The notes under the pieces were generated by a model, which saw only the letters and a list, made by a program, of their open reading frames with translations, had not been told where the DNA came from and did no database searches. From the IMG/VR virus record IMGVR_UViG_3300020047_004354, positions 1-53,007 of that record: 53,007 nucleotides of DNA; one strand, written 5' to 3'. Source of the DNA: a virus. This document shows positions 20,562 to 29,332 of this stretch, one piece after another (position 1 is the first letter of the stretch; each line of letters starts with the position of its first letter). The position numbers and the translations under genes were made by a program.

Positions 20562-21579
20562 TGCCGATACACTATCTGTTTGTACAGTATTAGGATGGCA
20601 ATGTATAATTAAACTAGATCAGTTTAAAGAAAATGATTTGGTTGGCTATATAATGATTGATACTATGGTTCCAGAAAAAGAAGAGTTTGAATTCTTAAGA
20701 GATAAGAAATTCAGAGTTAGAACTATTAAATTGCGTGGAGAACTATCGCAGGGTTTGGTAATTCCATTGCCAGAAGGTAAATGGAAAGAAGGTGATGATC
20801 TTACTGATATTATAGGTGTTAAAAAGTATGATAAACCAGATAACAATCCTATTAGAGAAACTAAACCAAAAAGACCTACAAAGTTTTGGCCTAGATTAAA
20901 ATATGATTTTAAATATCATTTCTTATATAGATGGTTTCCTAAACTTAGACCTAAAACTAGATCTATGTTTCCTAAACATCTAGTTCCAATTACTGATGAA
21001 GAAAGAATTCAGAATATTCCTAAAGTATTAGAACAGTATCAAGGAAAAGACTTTATAGCATCATATAAACTTGATGGTTCGAGTATTACTATAATTCATG
21101 AAAAGAATTTCTTAGGAAAACCTGTTTATAGAATTTGTAGTAGAAGATTTGAATTACATGATAAGGATAATGATTGGTATAAAGTATTTGATTTAACTAA
21201 TTTTAAACAACATATTGATAAATTAGTAACTATTTTTGGTAATAATGTAATTGTTCAAGGTGAAGCAATTGGTTCTTTTAATGGTAATCACCATAATCTT
21301 AAATCTAATGAGATTAGATTATTTAATATTTATGTTGATGGTAAAAGAATAAATCAAAAAGATTTTATTGATATTTGTGAAACACATCATATTCCACATT
21401 GTCCTAAATATTGGGAAGGTAAATTGAATTTTACATTGCCAGAAATTCTTCAATTCGCTCAAATACCTGATCCAATTAATCCAAAAGTACCAGTAGAAGG
21501 TCTGGTCTTTAGGTGTTGTGATGATTCTAATATTAGTTGGAAGGTAGTAAATAACAAATATTTACTTAAAGAGAAATGA
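20512..21579 (+). CDS. RNA ligase with N-terminal OB-like domain (DraRnl/DRB0094-like organisation)
   Basis: SYKLDGSSITI (nucleotidyltransferase motif I, KxDG), GEAIGS, VEGLVF, WKVVNNKYL motifs; N-terminal VTKHPNADTLSVCTVLG...CIIKLDQF. Confidence 0.85.
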   Translation: MNLASVQKVLSVTKHPNADTLSVCTVLGWQCIIKLDQFKENDLVGYIMIDTMVPEKEEFEFLRDKKFRVRTIKLRGELSQGLVIPLPEGKWKEGDDLTDIIGVKKYDKPDNNPIRETKPKRPTKFWPRLKYDFKYHFLYRWFPKLRPKTRSMFPKHLVPITDEERIQNIPKVLEQYQGKDFIASYKLDGSSITIIHEKNFLGKPVYRICSRRFELHDKDNDWYKVFDLTNFKQHIDKLVTIFGNNVIVQGEAIGSFNGNHHNLKSNEIRLFNIYVDGKRINQKDFIDICETHHIPHCPKYWEGKLNFTLPEILQFAQIPDPINPKVPVEGLVFRCCDDSNISWKVVNNKYLLKEK

Positions 21580-21653
21580 TAACAATAATCAATAATGTCT
21601 ATTATTTAGTAATAGGTAAACTCAAGATTTATCTTGGCAAAGCATTTAAATAA
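21576..21653 (+). CDS. Microprotein MITIINNVYYLVIGKLKIYLGKAFK
   Basis: 25-aa ORF similar to the one at 24336-24413. Confidence 0.4.
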   Translation: MITIINNVYYLVIGKLKIYLGKAFK

Positions 21654-21655
21654 CT

Positions 21656-23045
21656 ATGGAACAAACTACATCTCCCCAAAAGATTAGTGGTTGTGCTAAA
21701 GCAATAAGTACTAACCGGATTTACATGGAATTCTTTAGAATCATTAAGTATATTTGATTCTGTAAGATTCTATATTCATAACCAATTCACATGGAGCCAG
21801 AATGGTTTATATGTTCAACCACAATATCAAGGTGGTGGAAAGAATGGATTTGGATTAGATGAATTCTTTCAATATTGTAAAGATATTCAAGTTAATCCAA
21901 GACCGTGTTTTAATATGTTACCTACTTGGTTAGCACAACAATGGAATGGTGATCCTTATGCTAAACCAATACTTAGAAATGCTGATCCACTTAAACCAGA
22001 ATCATATCAATTAGTTGCTAATTATTATTTTAATTTAGCAGCAAGATATGGTTCAGTTAGAGTAGATCATTCTAGACTATTTGTTAATACAGAGGTTAGA
22101 TGGAATATGCAAAATGAAGTTAAATCTGGTCTAAATTTATTAAGAGAGTTAGAGTGTGATAATGAATCTTTGGCGTGGTGGAGAGGCGATGATTCTAAAT
22201 TCAGTCCAGAAGAGTATGCTGTATTTTTTAGTATGTGTTATGATGGTCATGAAGGTAGATTTGAGAATTGTGGTGTAAAGAATGCTGATCCTAATTTTAT
22301 TTTATGGATGTGTGGATTATCTGAAATGAATACAGATCATTTAGATAGAATAGTAGCACATCTTAAATTAATTAGAACTGATTGGGATATTATAGAGCAT
22401 GTACATTTTCACCATTATCCAAATAAAGGTAATGATGCAGGATTTATGCCAAAACAATGGATAGAAGGTTGTTCACCAGAACAGGATAATATCGAAATGA
22501 GGTTAAATAGAATGAGAGTTTGGAGGGATAATAATTTACCAAACGCTCAACTAGCATATACTGAATTTGGATATGATACTAATCCTATAGGCCCATCATG
22601 GCAGAAATGTTATACACAGAAGAATCAAGCAGATTGGATTATAAGAATGTATTTATTAGGTATTAAATGTGGTATAGATACTTTAGCAGTATTTAATTTA
22701 TCTGATGAAGGTAATTCTGATTCTGGTAATTTATTTGCTTCTTGTGGTTTAATGACTAATGAATTTACTAAATATAAACCTAAGATAGCATTTAATAGTA
22801 TTAAAAAATTAATCCAAGAATTGAATGGATTTGAATTTGTAAAAGATATAAGTTCAGGTGGTAATAGAATTTTAATGTTTGAAAATGATTCAATGATAAA
22901 ATACTTTTATTGGAATCCATTAATTAGTAAACAGATAAGAATAAATAAGTTTAGAGTATATGCTACTACTACACCAAAAATTCATAGGATTTTAAAAAGT
23001 CAATCACATGAAAAGGTTAATACAGAAAATAAAGAAATTCTTTAA
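21656..23045 (+). CDS. Glycoside-hydrolase-like (TIM-barrel type) protein, +1 shift at CGG 21716
   Basis: MEQTTSPQKISGCAKAISTN-[C]-GFTWNSLESLSIFDSVRFYIHNQFTW...HVHFHHYP...LAYTEFGYDTNPIGPSWQ...GIDTLAVFNLSDEG. Confidence 0.6.
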
Positions 23046-23106
23046 ATCACACGGTAAATGTCCACATTGTGGAGAACAGTTAGGCCCACCATCATCAATA
23101 CATATT
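22999..23106 (+). CDS. Small zinc-ribbon protein (MKRLIQKIKKFFKSHGKCPHCGEQLGPPSSIHICK)
   Basis: Short ORF with CPHC; coordinates approximate. Confidence 0.35.
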
Positions 23107-23118
23107 TGTAAATAAGAT

Positions 23119-24342
23119 ATGAATAAATTAGTAATTACAAAAGTCTTAGAAACAAGACTTCGGAGAATTAAAGATTGTTCTATAGCAGAACAATTATTAG
23201 CATTACCTATAACACCAGATATAAACTATCTTAGTATTTCCAAAGAAGATAGTAGTCAAATATCTTATATGGATAATGCTAAGATAGACAGATTTGGATT
23301 AGGAAAGAAGTGGAATGTTAAACTTAGATCAAGAGCAAGACCGGGTAGAGTTATTCAAAGAATCTTACCTAATCTACAAGATAGGGATGTAGAATCTTTT
23401 GTAAATAAATATTCTGCTGCCGCAAGTAAATCTAATAAATCTGAAAATAAAATATCTATTGTTTTTGGAGAGAAGATTAAATTCTGGTATCATAGAAAAA
23501 ATTATTTCAGCGAAAATGGTGATTTAGGTTGTTCATGTATGAAATATGATGAATGTCAAGATTATTTTGGTATTTATACAGAAAACCCAGATCATGTAGG
23601 AATGGCTATAATGGTTAATAACGAAAATAAGTTATTAGCAAGATGTCTTATTTGGTATCCAAATACTAAAAAAGATAAATCTATTATCTTTTTTGATAGA
23701 ATTTATGCTTGTAGTAATGACACTGAATTTGAAATGTACAACTGGTGCATTAATAAAGGATTTACTCAATGTAGTAATAAGAATATTAATAAGCCAAAGA
23801 ATCTTCCTTCAATAAAAATTCATTTACCTAATCTAAAATTTAGTTATTATCCGTATGTAGATACTTTTTATTATTTATCGACTGATAATTTAAATAATTT
23901 AGGAGACGGTACTTCTTTAGATAGTACTGATGGTAGATTAAGTCCAGAAACTTGTGATATTTGTGATGAAGAATCTGATGAACTTGAAATTATTGGTGGT
24001 GGAATGCACAGTGGACATCAAGCCTGTGAATGTTGTAGAGAATATTCTATTTATCATGGTTATTATATTTATAATGGTGATGCTAGATTTTGTGATTACA
24101 CAAATGATTGGTATTTTTCAGAAGAATTAGTAGATTTATATGATGGTTCTGATTGTTTTGAAGATTATGATAAATTAAAGAAATCTGAAAATGGTGATTA
24201 CTTTATTGAAGGAGATTCTGAATTTATTCAACCAGAAGGATCAACTGATTGGTATCATGAATCTGATTCTGAAGTAGAAGAAATAGATGGAATATGGTAT
24301 TTAATTAACTCTGAGGTTTATAAAAATTTACAAGAATGTTAG
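23119..24342 (+). CDS. Zinc-finger-containing phage protein, paralog 1 (in-frame Arg CGG at 23161)
   Basis: 407-codon ORF with CDICDEES..GHQACECC and homology to the next large ORF. Confidence 0.75.
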   Translation: MNKLVITKVLETRLRRIKDCSIAEQLLALPITPDINYLSISKEDSSQISYMDNAKIDRFGLGKKWNVKLRSRARPGRVIQRILPNLQDRDVESFVNKYSAAASKSNKSENKISIVFGEKIKFWYHRKNYFSENGDLGCSCMKYDECQDYFGIYTENPDHVGMAIMVNNENKLLARCLIWYPNTKKDKSIIFFDRIYACSNDTEFEMYNWCINKGFTQCSNKNINKPKNLPSIKIHLPNLKFSYYPYVDTFYYLSTDNLNNLGDGTSLDSTDGRLSPETCDICDEESDELEIIGGGMHSGHQACECCREYSIYHGYYIYNGDARFCDYTNDWYFSEELVDLYDGSDCFEDYDKLKKSENGDYFIEGDSEFIQPEGSTDWYHESDSEVEEIDGIWYLINSEVYKNLQEC

Positions 24343-24413
24343 AAGAAAACGGAACATACTATATAATCATTAATGGTAAAAAAGTCTATTTAGGATCAGT
24401 TTTTAAAAAATAA
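24336..24413 (+). CDS. Microprotein MLEENGTYYIIINGKKVYLGSVFKK
   Basis: 25-aa ORF similar to the one at 21576-21653. Confidence 0.4.
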   Translation: MLEENGTYYIIINGKKVYLGSVFKK

Positions 24414-24418
24414 ATTTT

Positions 24419-25804
24419 ATGAAAATAGTAATGACAAAAGCCTTGCAAAAAAGGCTAATGAATATGCCTAATGATAATCTTGCAAAAAATTTATTACAAG
24501 GAAGAAAGTCAGATGAGGTATTTTATCTTGGAGTATCCACCATTGATCCTAATCAAATATCCTATATTGATAAATCTAAATTAGAAAGATGTGGGCCATT
24601 AGGTAGATGGTATGCTAAAAATAGAATATCTACAAGGCCGGGCAGATTAATGTATAAGATCTTTGGAGATTTACCTAATGAATATTTTGAGAACTTCACC
24701 AATGCTTTTATAGCATCTGGCACGACTACTAATAATAAAAAGTTTAAGTTCAAGATAGTGGATCAAGAGGATATTAAAAAATGTTATCACTGGTCATCAT
24801 ATTCAAGAGATTGTGGATCTTTAGGAAGTTCTTGCATGAGGGGTGATGCACAACAGAAGTTCTTAGAAATTTATTGCAAGAATCCAGACCATGTAAAAAT
24901 GGCAGTAATGTCAGATGATAGTGGTGTTGTAGCAAGGTGTTTATTGTGGTATCCTAATGCAGATAAATCTTTAATATATTTCGATAGAATCTATTCTACT
25001 GATTATGAGGTTGAACTTAAAATGTATCAATGGTTAGTTAATAAGAAATTTGTTCAAATTAGTGATAAAAATACTATTAAGCCAGTAGATAAAATTGAAA
25101 TAAGAATTAAGTTAAAAAATCTTGATTTTGAATTTTACCCTTATGTTGATACTATTAGATGGATTAATGGTGATGATATTAATAATTTAGAAGATGGAGA
25201 TCCTTTACACCATACCGATGGTAGAAGAAAAGATCCAATTAGATGTGCATATTCAGGTAATATATATCCAACTGAAGAAGAACTAGTACAAATTGTTGAT
25301 GGTGAATATAGAGGACAAATGGTTCATAAAGATTTTGCTGTTTATATAGAACGTTATAATGGATATGTTGTTAGTCAATATTTATACGAATGCGGTTATA
25401 CTAATGAGAGATTAATTGCTGCTGACATGCTTTCATTATATGATGGTAGTTATTGTTCTAGATTTCATACAAATCTTGTTAAGGATGATAGATCAAGATC
25501 TTTTATCTTAGGAGATCACAACTTTGTACAAATTAATAATATTTGGTACCATATCACTTCAAGTAAAATTGAATGTATTAAAGGAGAGTATAGATTAAAA
25601 GAAGTAGAAGCCGTTAAAGAGAAGGAAACTCTTCGGACAGATGATATTTATAAGTACTTCAAGACGATCAGGGAAGGAGATTTCATGCAGTACAGGTGGC
25701 ACACACCTAGTTATTTCACAAATTCAATAGAACAATATGTATCAGACATACAGCCGGCAGAAGAGGGTAATTCCATCTCTGTCCCCCAAGACTTCACATT
25801 TTAA
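24419..25804 (+). CDS. Phage protein, paralog 2 (in-frame Arg CGG at 25634)
   Basis: Shares KAL/KVL..RL...QISY(I/M)D, RPGR, SCM(R/K)...Y(C/T)(K/E)NPDH(V), LARCL(L)WYPN.DK with paralog 1. Confidence 0.75.
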   Translation: MKIVMTKALQKRLMNMPNDNLAKNLLQGRKSDEVFYLGVSTIDPNQISYIDKSKLERCGPLGRWYAKNRISTRPGRLMYKIFGDLPNEYFENFTNAFIASGTTTNNKKFKFKIVDQEDIKKCYHWSSYSRDCGSLGSSCMRGDAQQKFLEIYCKNPDHVKMAVMSDDSGVVARCLLWYPNADKSLIYFDRIYSTDYEVELKMYQWLVNKKFVQISDKNTIKPVDKIEIRIKLKNLDFEFYPYVDTIRWINGDDINNLEDGDPLHHTDGRRKDPIRCAYSGNIYPTEEELVQIVDGEYRGQMVHKDFAVYIERYNGYVVSQYLYECGYTNERLIAADMLSLYDGSYCSRFHTNLVKDDRSRSFILGDHNFVQINNIWYHITSSKIECIKGEYRLKEVEAVKEKETLRTDDIYKYFKTIREGDFMQYRWHTPSYFTNSIEQYVSDIQPAEEGNSISVPQDFTF

Positions 25805-27053
25805 TAATATAGATGTAGAGTTAATTAAATCATTATTTATGTTTCAAACTCCAACTAGGGATGCTCTTAGACAAGCAAAGTTTATGGCCTTCTTACTTAA
25901 CTGGTTGAGACAGAATAACATTAGATTTACATTTAAATATGATTTAGTAGGAAACCTCTATATTACTAAAGGTAATTCTGCAATATTTCCTTGTATAGTA
26001 TCGCATGTAGATACAGTACATGATTATAATAAAGATATGACGGTAGCAAATACCAAAACTCTTATATTTGGTATAGATCAAGCATCAGGAGAACAAATTG
26101 GTATTGGGGCCGATCCCAAGAACGGAGTATATTTTGCTCTACAAATGCTTAAATATCTTAAGTCATGTAAAGTAGTATTCTTTGTAAATGAGGAATGTGG
26201 TTGTTTAGGTTCTAAAGAAGCAGATTTAACATTCTTTTCAGATTGTTCTTTTGTTTGTCAATTAGATAGAAGATCATTTACAACAGACATTATTGAATAT
26301 ACTAATGGTATTCAAGTGTTGTCTGAAGAATTTAAGCAAGCGGTAGAACTAACTTGTATTGATTATGGTTATGATTTTAATCATGGAACATCAACTGATG
26401 TAGGAGAGTTAGTATGGAATGGCTTAGGTATCTGTGCATTTAATTTTAGTAATGGATCATTTAATGAACACTGTAGTTATGAAGTATGTAGTATTCCTCA
26501 TTTATTAAATGCTTGCAATGCTGCTTATGAAATAATTATGTCTCATGGATATTCTAAAAGATGGCTGCATCAACCTTATACTGATAGTAGATATAATTGG
26601 AATACTTGGGGTGGATGGGATGATCCCGGTTATGGTACAGCCAAACCTAAATCTACTTATTATGACAGATATGATGATCTGTTTGATACTAAAGATGTTG
26701 ATGACTATTCAAAAACAGTATTTGACATAACTAACATAGCATCCTTTGTTAAGGATCATGTATTCAAAGCAAAAGCAGGTCAAAAGACTGCTCAAGCAGC
26801 ATTAAAATATGTATATGACATAGATGATGTTGAATCTTTTATTTGGACATATGATTATCATGTAGGATCTAATTGTGATGAAGTAGAGGTGTGTAAAAAC
26901 CTAATCAGTTATCTTAAAGCAAACTTTAACTACTTACAAGAAGTTAAATCTTTAATTAGAGGATTAAAAGAGTATCAAGAGATGATTGAAGATCAAATAC
27001 AAAAAGCATTACCTTCAGGTCTTGATGATGGATCTGGAAGATGCAGTATATAA
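25737..27053 (+). CDS. M20/M28/M42-like zinc metallopeptidase (true start uncertain, probably about 25790-25850)
   Basis: YDLVGNLYITKGNSAIFPCIVSHVDTVHD, FFVNEECGCLGSKEADL, NHGTSTDVGEL, NEHCSYEVCS. Confidence 0.7.
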   Translation: MYQTYSRQKRVIPSLSPKTSHFNNIDVELIKSLFMFQTPTRDALRQAKFMAFLLNWLRQNNIRFTFKYDLVGNLYITKGNSAIFPCIVSHVDTVHDYNKDMTVANTKTLIFGIDQASGEQIGIGADPKNGVYFALQMLKYLKSCKVVFFVNEECGCLGSKEADLTFFSDCSFVCQLDRRSFTTDIIEYTNGIQVLSEEFKQAVELTCIDYGYDFNHGTSTDVGELVWNGLGICAFNFSNGSFNEHCSYEVCSIPHLLNACNAAYEIIMSHGYSKRWLHQPYTDSRYNWNTWGGWDDPGYGTAKPKSTYYDRYDDLFDTKDVDDYSKTVFDITNIASFVKDHVFKAKAGQKTAQAALKYVYDIDDVESFIWTYDYHVGSNCDEVEVCKNLISYLKANFNYLQEVKSLIRGLKEYQEMIEDQIQKALPSGLDDGSGRCSI

Positions 27054-27059
27054 TTCAAT

Positions 27060-27090
27060 GTTGGAGAGTGTTGTAATGATGCTCTCCAAC
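27060..27090 (+). terminator. Hairpin, candidate weak terminator
   Basis: GTTGGAGAG...CTCTCCAAC inverted repeat; only weak T-richness follows. Confidence 0.45.
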
Positions 27091-27104
27091 TAATTTAAAT
27101 AGAT

Positions 27105-27216
27105 ATGAAGATAGAAAAGAGTAATAAACTTATTGCTGAATTCTTGGGGTGGGAAACAATCACCAAATGTTTCTGAAGTTTGGACACCTGATTGGAATTG
27201 TAAAATATCTATATAA
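27105..27216 (+). other. Short possibly frameshifted ORF (MKIEKSNKLIAEFLG.. / ..QSPNVSEVWTPDWNCKISI*)
   Basis: Two coding-like halves offset by +1 at TTG GGG TGG GAA; no CGG here. Confidence 0.35.
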
Positions 27217-27242
27217 ACAAATACAATTAAATAAATAATCGA

Positions 27243-27743
27243 ATGAACAAATTAATAAGACATTCAGTATTTGAAACCAACAGTTCTTCTTGTCATAGTA
27301 TCTGTGTTAAAAAAGGAATGGAATTAAACAATATTCCTTATGTAGATACCAGTGGTAATATTGAAATACCATCAGGAGAATTTGGTTGGGAAATTAATTC
27401 TTACGATGATTTCTACAGTAAGGCTGCTTATTTAGCCATTTATATTAGAGATTGGTCAGATAATAACTTAGAAAAATTTAAAGAATTATTTGAATCTATT
27501 ATTAAAGAATTTACTGGCTGTGAAACAATATCCTATGAAGATAAATTTTGGGATACTGAAATTAGAGAATATGAATACGAAGGAACCAAAAGAACATATA
27601 AGTCTAAACTTGGAGAAGGATATATAGATCATCAGTCTGTTGAAGATAATGATTTAGATTATTTGTTTGATTATATTGAATTAATGAAAGTATTCTTGTT
27701 TAGTTCACAATCAGTACTTCATACAGATAATGACAATCATTAA
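27243..27743 (+). CDS. Hypothetical phage protein (MNKLIRHSVFETNSSSCHSICV...)
   Basis: N-terminal VFETNSSSxHS signature recalled from other phage proteins. Confidence 0.7.
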   Translation: MNKLIRHSVFETNSSSCHSICVKKGMELNNIPYVDTSGNIEIPSGEFGWEINSYDDFYSKAAYLAIYIRDWSDNNLEKFKELFESIIKEFTGCETISYEDKFWDTEIREYEYEGTKRTYKSKLGEGYIDHQSVEDNDLDYLFDYIELMKVFLFSSQSVLHTDNDNH

Positions 27744-28617
27744 TTATACAAACGGTAATGCTCAAATAACTCTTGATTCTGATGGAACAAGAGTTATTTC
27801 TTTTGAAGATCGGTTACAATTAGACTATCCGCTTAATATAGATATTAAGGTAATGTCTAAATGTGCTTTTGGCTTAAATCCCAAAACAGGAAAGTCGTTT
27901 TGTAGTTTTTGTCATGAATCTGCAACAACAGATGGTAAAGAATGTAATTATGAAAACCTTAAACTAAAGATACAAGATTTACCAAAAGGAATTGAATTAG
28001 CAATTGGTTGTAATGAATTAACTACTAATCTTTATAACTTTTTAATCTGGTGTTATGAGCAAGAATATGTTTGTAACCTAACTATTAATCAAGGTCATAT
28101 AAATAGAGACTTAAATAAAATTATATCTGTTATTCAAAATAAATATATTAAGGGTCTTGGTATATCTTATAGATCAGAATTAAAATGGAATGTTCCTAAA
28201 GAACTATTAGATTATTCTAATGCTGTATTTCATGTTATTTCTGGTATTGATACTGTTGATAATGTTTTACAATTATCAGAAAAAGGAGTAAATAAAATAT
28301 TAGTTCTTGGGGAAAAAGATTTTGGGTTTAACTTAGGAAAAGTAGATTTAACATCAAGAAAACATAAAGAATGGTTCTGGTGGGTTGGTAAACTATTTAA
28401 TAAGTTTGAGGTTGTTAGTTTTGATAATTTAGCAATTGAACAATTAAATATTAAAAGATTCTTTTCTAATGATAATTGGAATACTTTTAATCAAGGAGAA
28501 CACTCGTTTTATATAGATGCAGTAACAGAAGAATATTCACCATCAAGTAGAAACGCTCAAAGAACCAAATGGAACAATTTAACAATAAAAGAATACTTTA
28601 AAATAATCAATAAATGA
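27730..28617 (+). CDS. Radical-SAM-like phage protein (in-frame Arg CGG at 27811)
   Basis: KCAFGLNPKTGKSFCSFCHESATTDGKEC cysteine cluster followed by a repeated beta-alpha-type pattern. Confidence 0.6.
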   Translation: MTIINYTNGNAQITLDSDGTRVISFEDRLQLDYPLNIDIKVMSKCAFGLNPKTGKSFCSFCHESATTDGKECNYENLKLKIQDLPKGIELAIGCNELTTNLYNFLIWCYEQEYVCNLTINQGHINRDLNKIISVIQNKYIKGLGISYRSELKWNVPKELLDYSNAVFHVISGIDTVDNVLQLSEKGVNKILVLGEKDFGFNLGKVDLTSRKHKEWFWWVGKLFNKFEVVSFDNLAIEQLNIKRFFSNDNWNTFNQGEHSFYIDAVTEEYSPSSRNAQRTKWNNLTIKEYFKIINK

Positions 28618-28892
28618 ACAAATTAATTATCCCAATTCTGATTTTAATATTTACATCTTGCAGTCCGGGACATCCGAACTGTGATATATATTATTTCTAT
28701 TCAGAACAACATTTAAATCAGAGTCTTAAAGAAGATCCTAATTATGTAACTACTTATGTAGAAGGTAGACTTTATACGGGTCAGGCAGATACTAAAGTAG
28801 CATATAATTTATATCATAGTTTCTGGCCTGATACAAGAGTAACATATATAGGATGCCCAGACACATTGCATTTCAGGAACTTACACAGATAA
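28614..28892 (+). CDS. Small putative lipoprotein
   Basis: MNKLIIPILILIFTSCS signal/lipobox-like N-terminus. Confidence 0.55.
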   Translation: MNKLIIPILILIFTSCSPGHPNCDIYYFYSEQHLNQSLKEDPNYVTTYVEGRLYTGQADTKVAYNLYHSFWPDTRVTYIGCPDTLHFRNLHR

Positions 28893-29332
28893 AACAAATA
28901 TTCTTCCCTAAAACATTTAGTCAAAAATATAGTCATGTAGGGTATTCTTATCTATCTATTCCTAAACAATGGGAATCAATAGTTAGAGTATGTGTAATGG
29001 ATATTGAAAAACTAATGTGGCCCAAATATTTACCATTTTGGTTTAAAAGATTAATACATTACTTAGCAACAGGTAATTCTATCGTGAGAATTAAATATTG
29101 GTGGGTGCATGATCTTAGAAATAAACTTACTGGTGGAGCAATGATTACAGATATTAAAGACAAGTATGCAACATTAAGAATTTATGGATACTTTAATGAA
29201 GAAATGTATAGTCTTATTGATAAGGCCGACAAGTTATGTCAGAACACTTGCGAATACTGTGGAAGTAATGATGATGTAAAAACAACTAATACAAGTTGGA
29301 TAAGAAATTTATGTAAAAATTGTAGAAAATGA
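28853..29332 (+). CDS. Hypothetical protein with C-terminal zinc ribbon
   Basis: CEYCGS...LCKNCRK; start uncertain. Confidence 0.6.
   Translation: MPRHIAFQELTQIKQIFFPKTFSQKYSHVGYSYLSIPKQWESIVRVCVMDIEKLMWPKYLPFWFKRLIHYLATGNSIVRIKYWWVHDLRNKLTGGAMITDIKDKYATLRIYGYFNEEMYSLIDKADKLCQNTCEYCGSNDDVKTTNTSWIRNLCKNCRK

Noticed and set aside
5305-21800. Pseudogenisation of the replication module
   Set aside because: All breaks follow one rule, catalytic motifs are intact on both sides, and no other premature stops or large deletions were seen.
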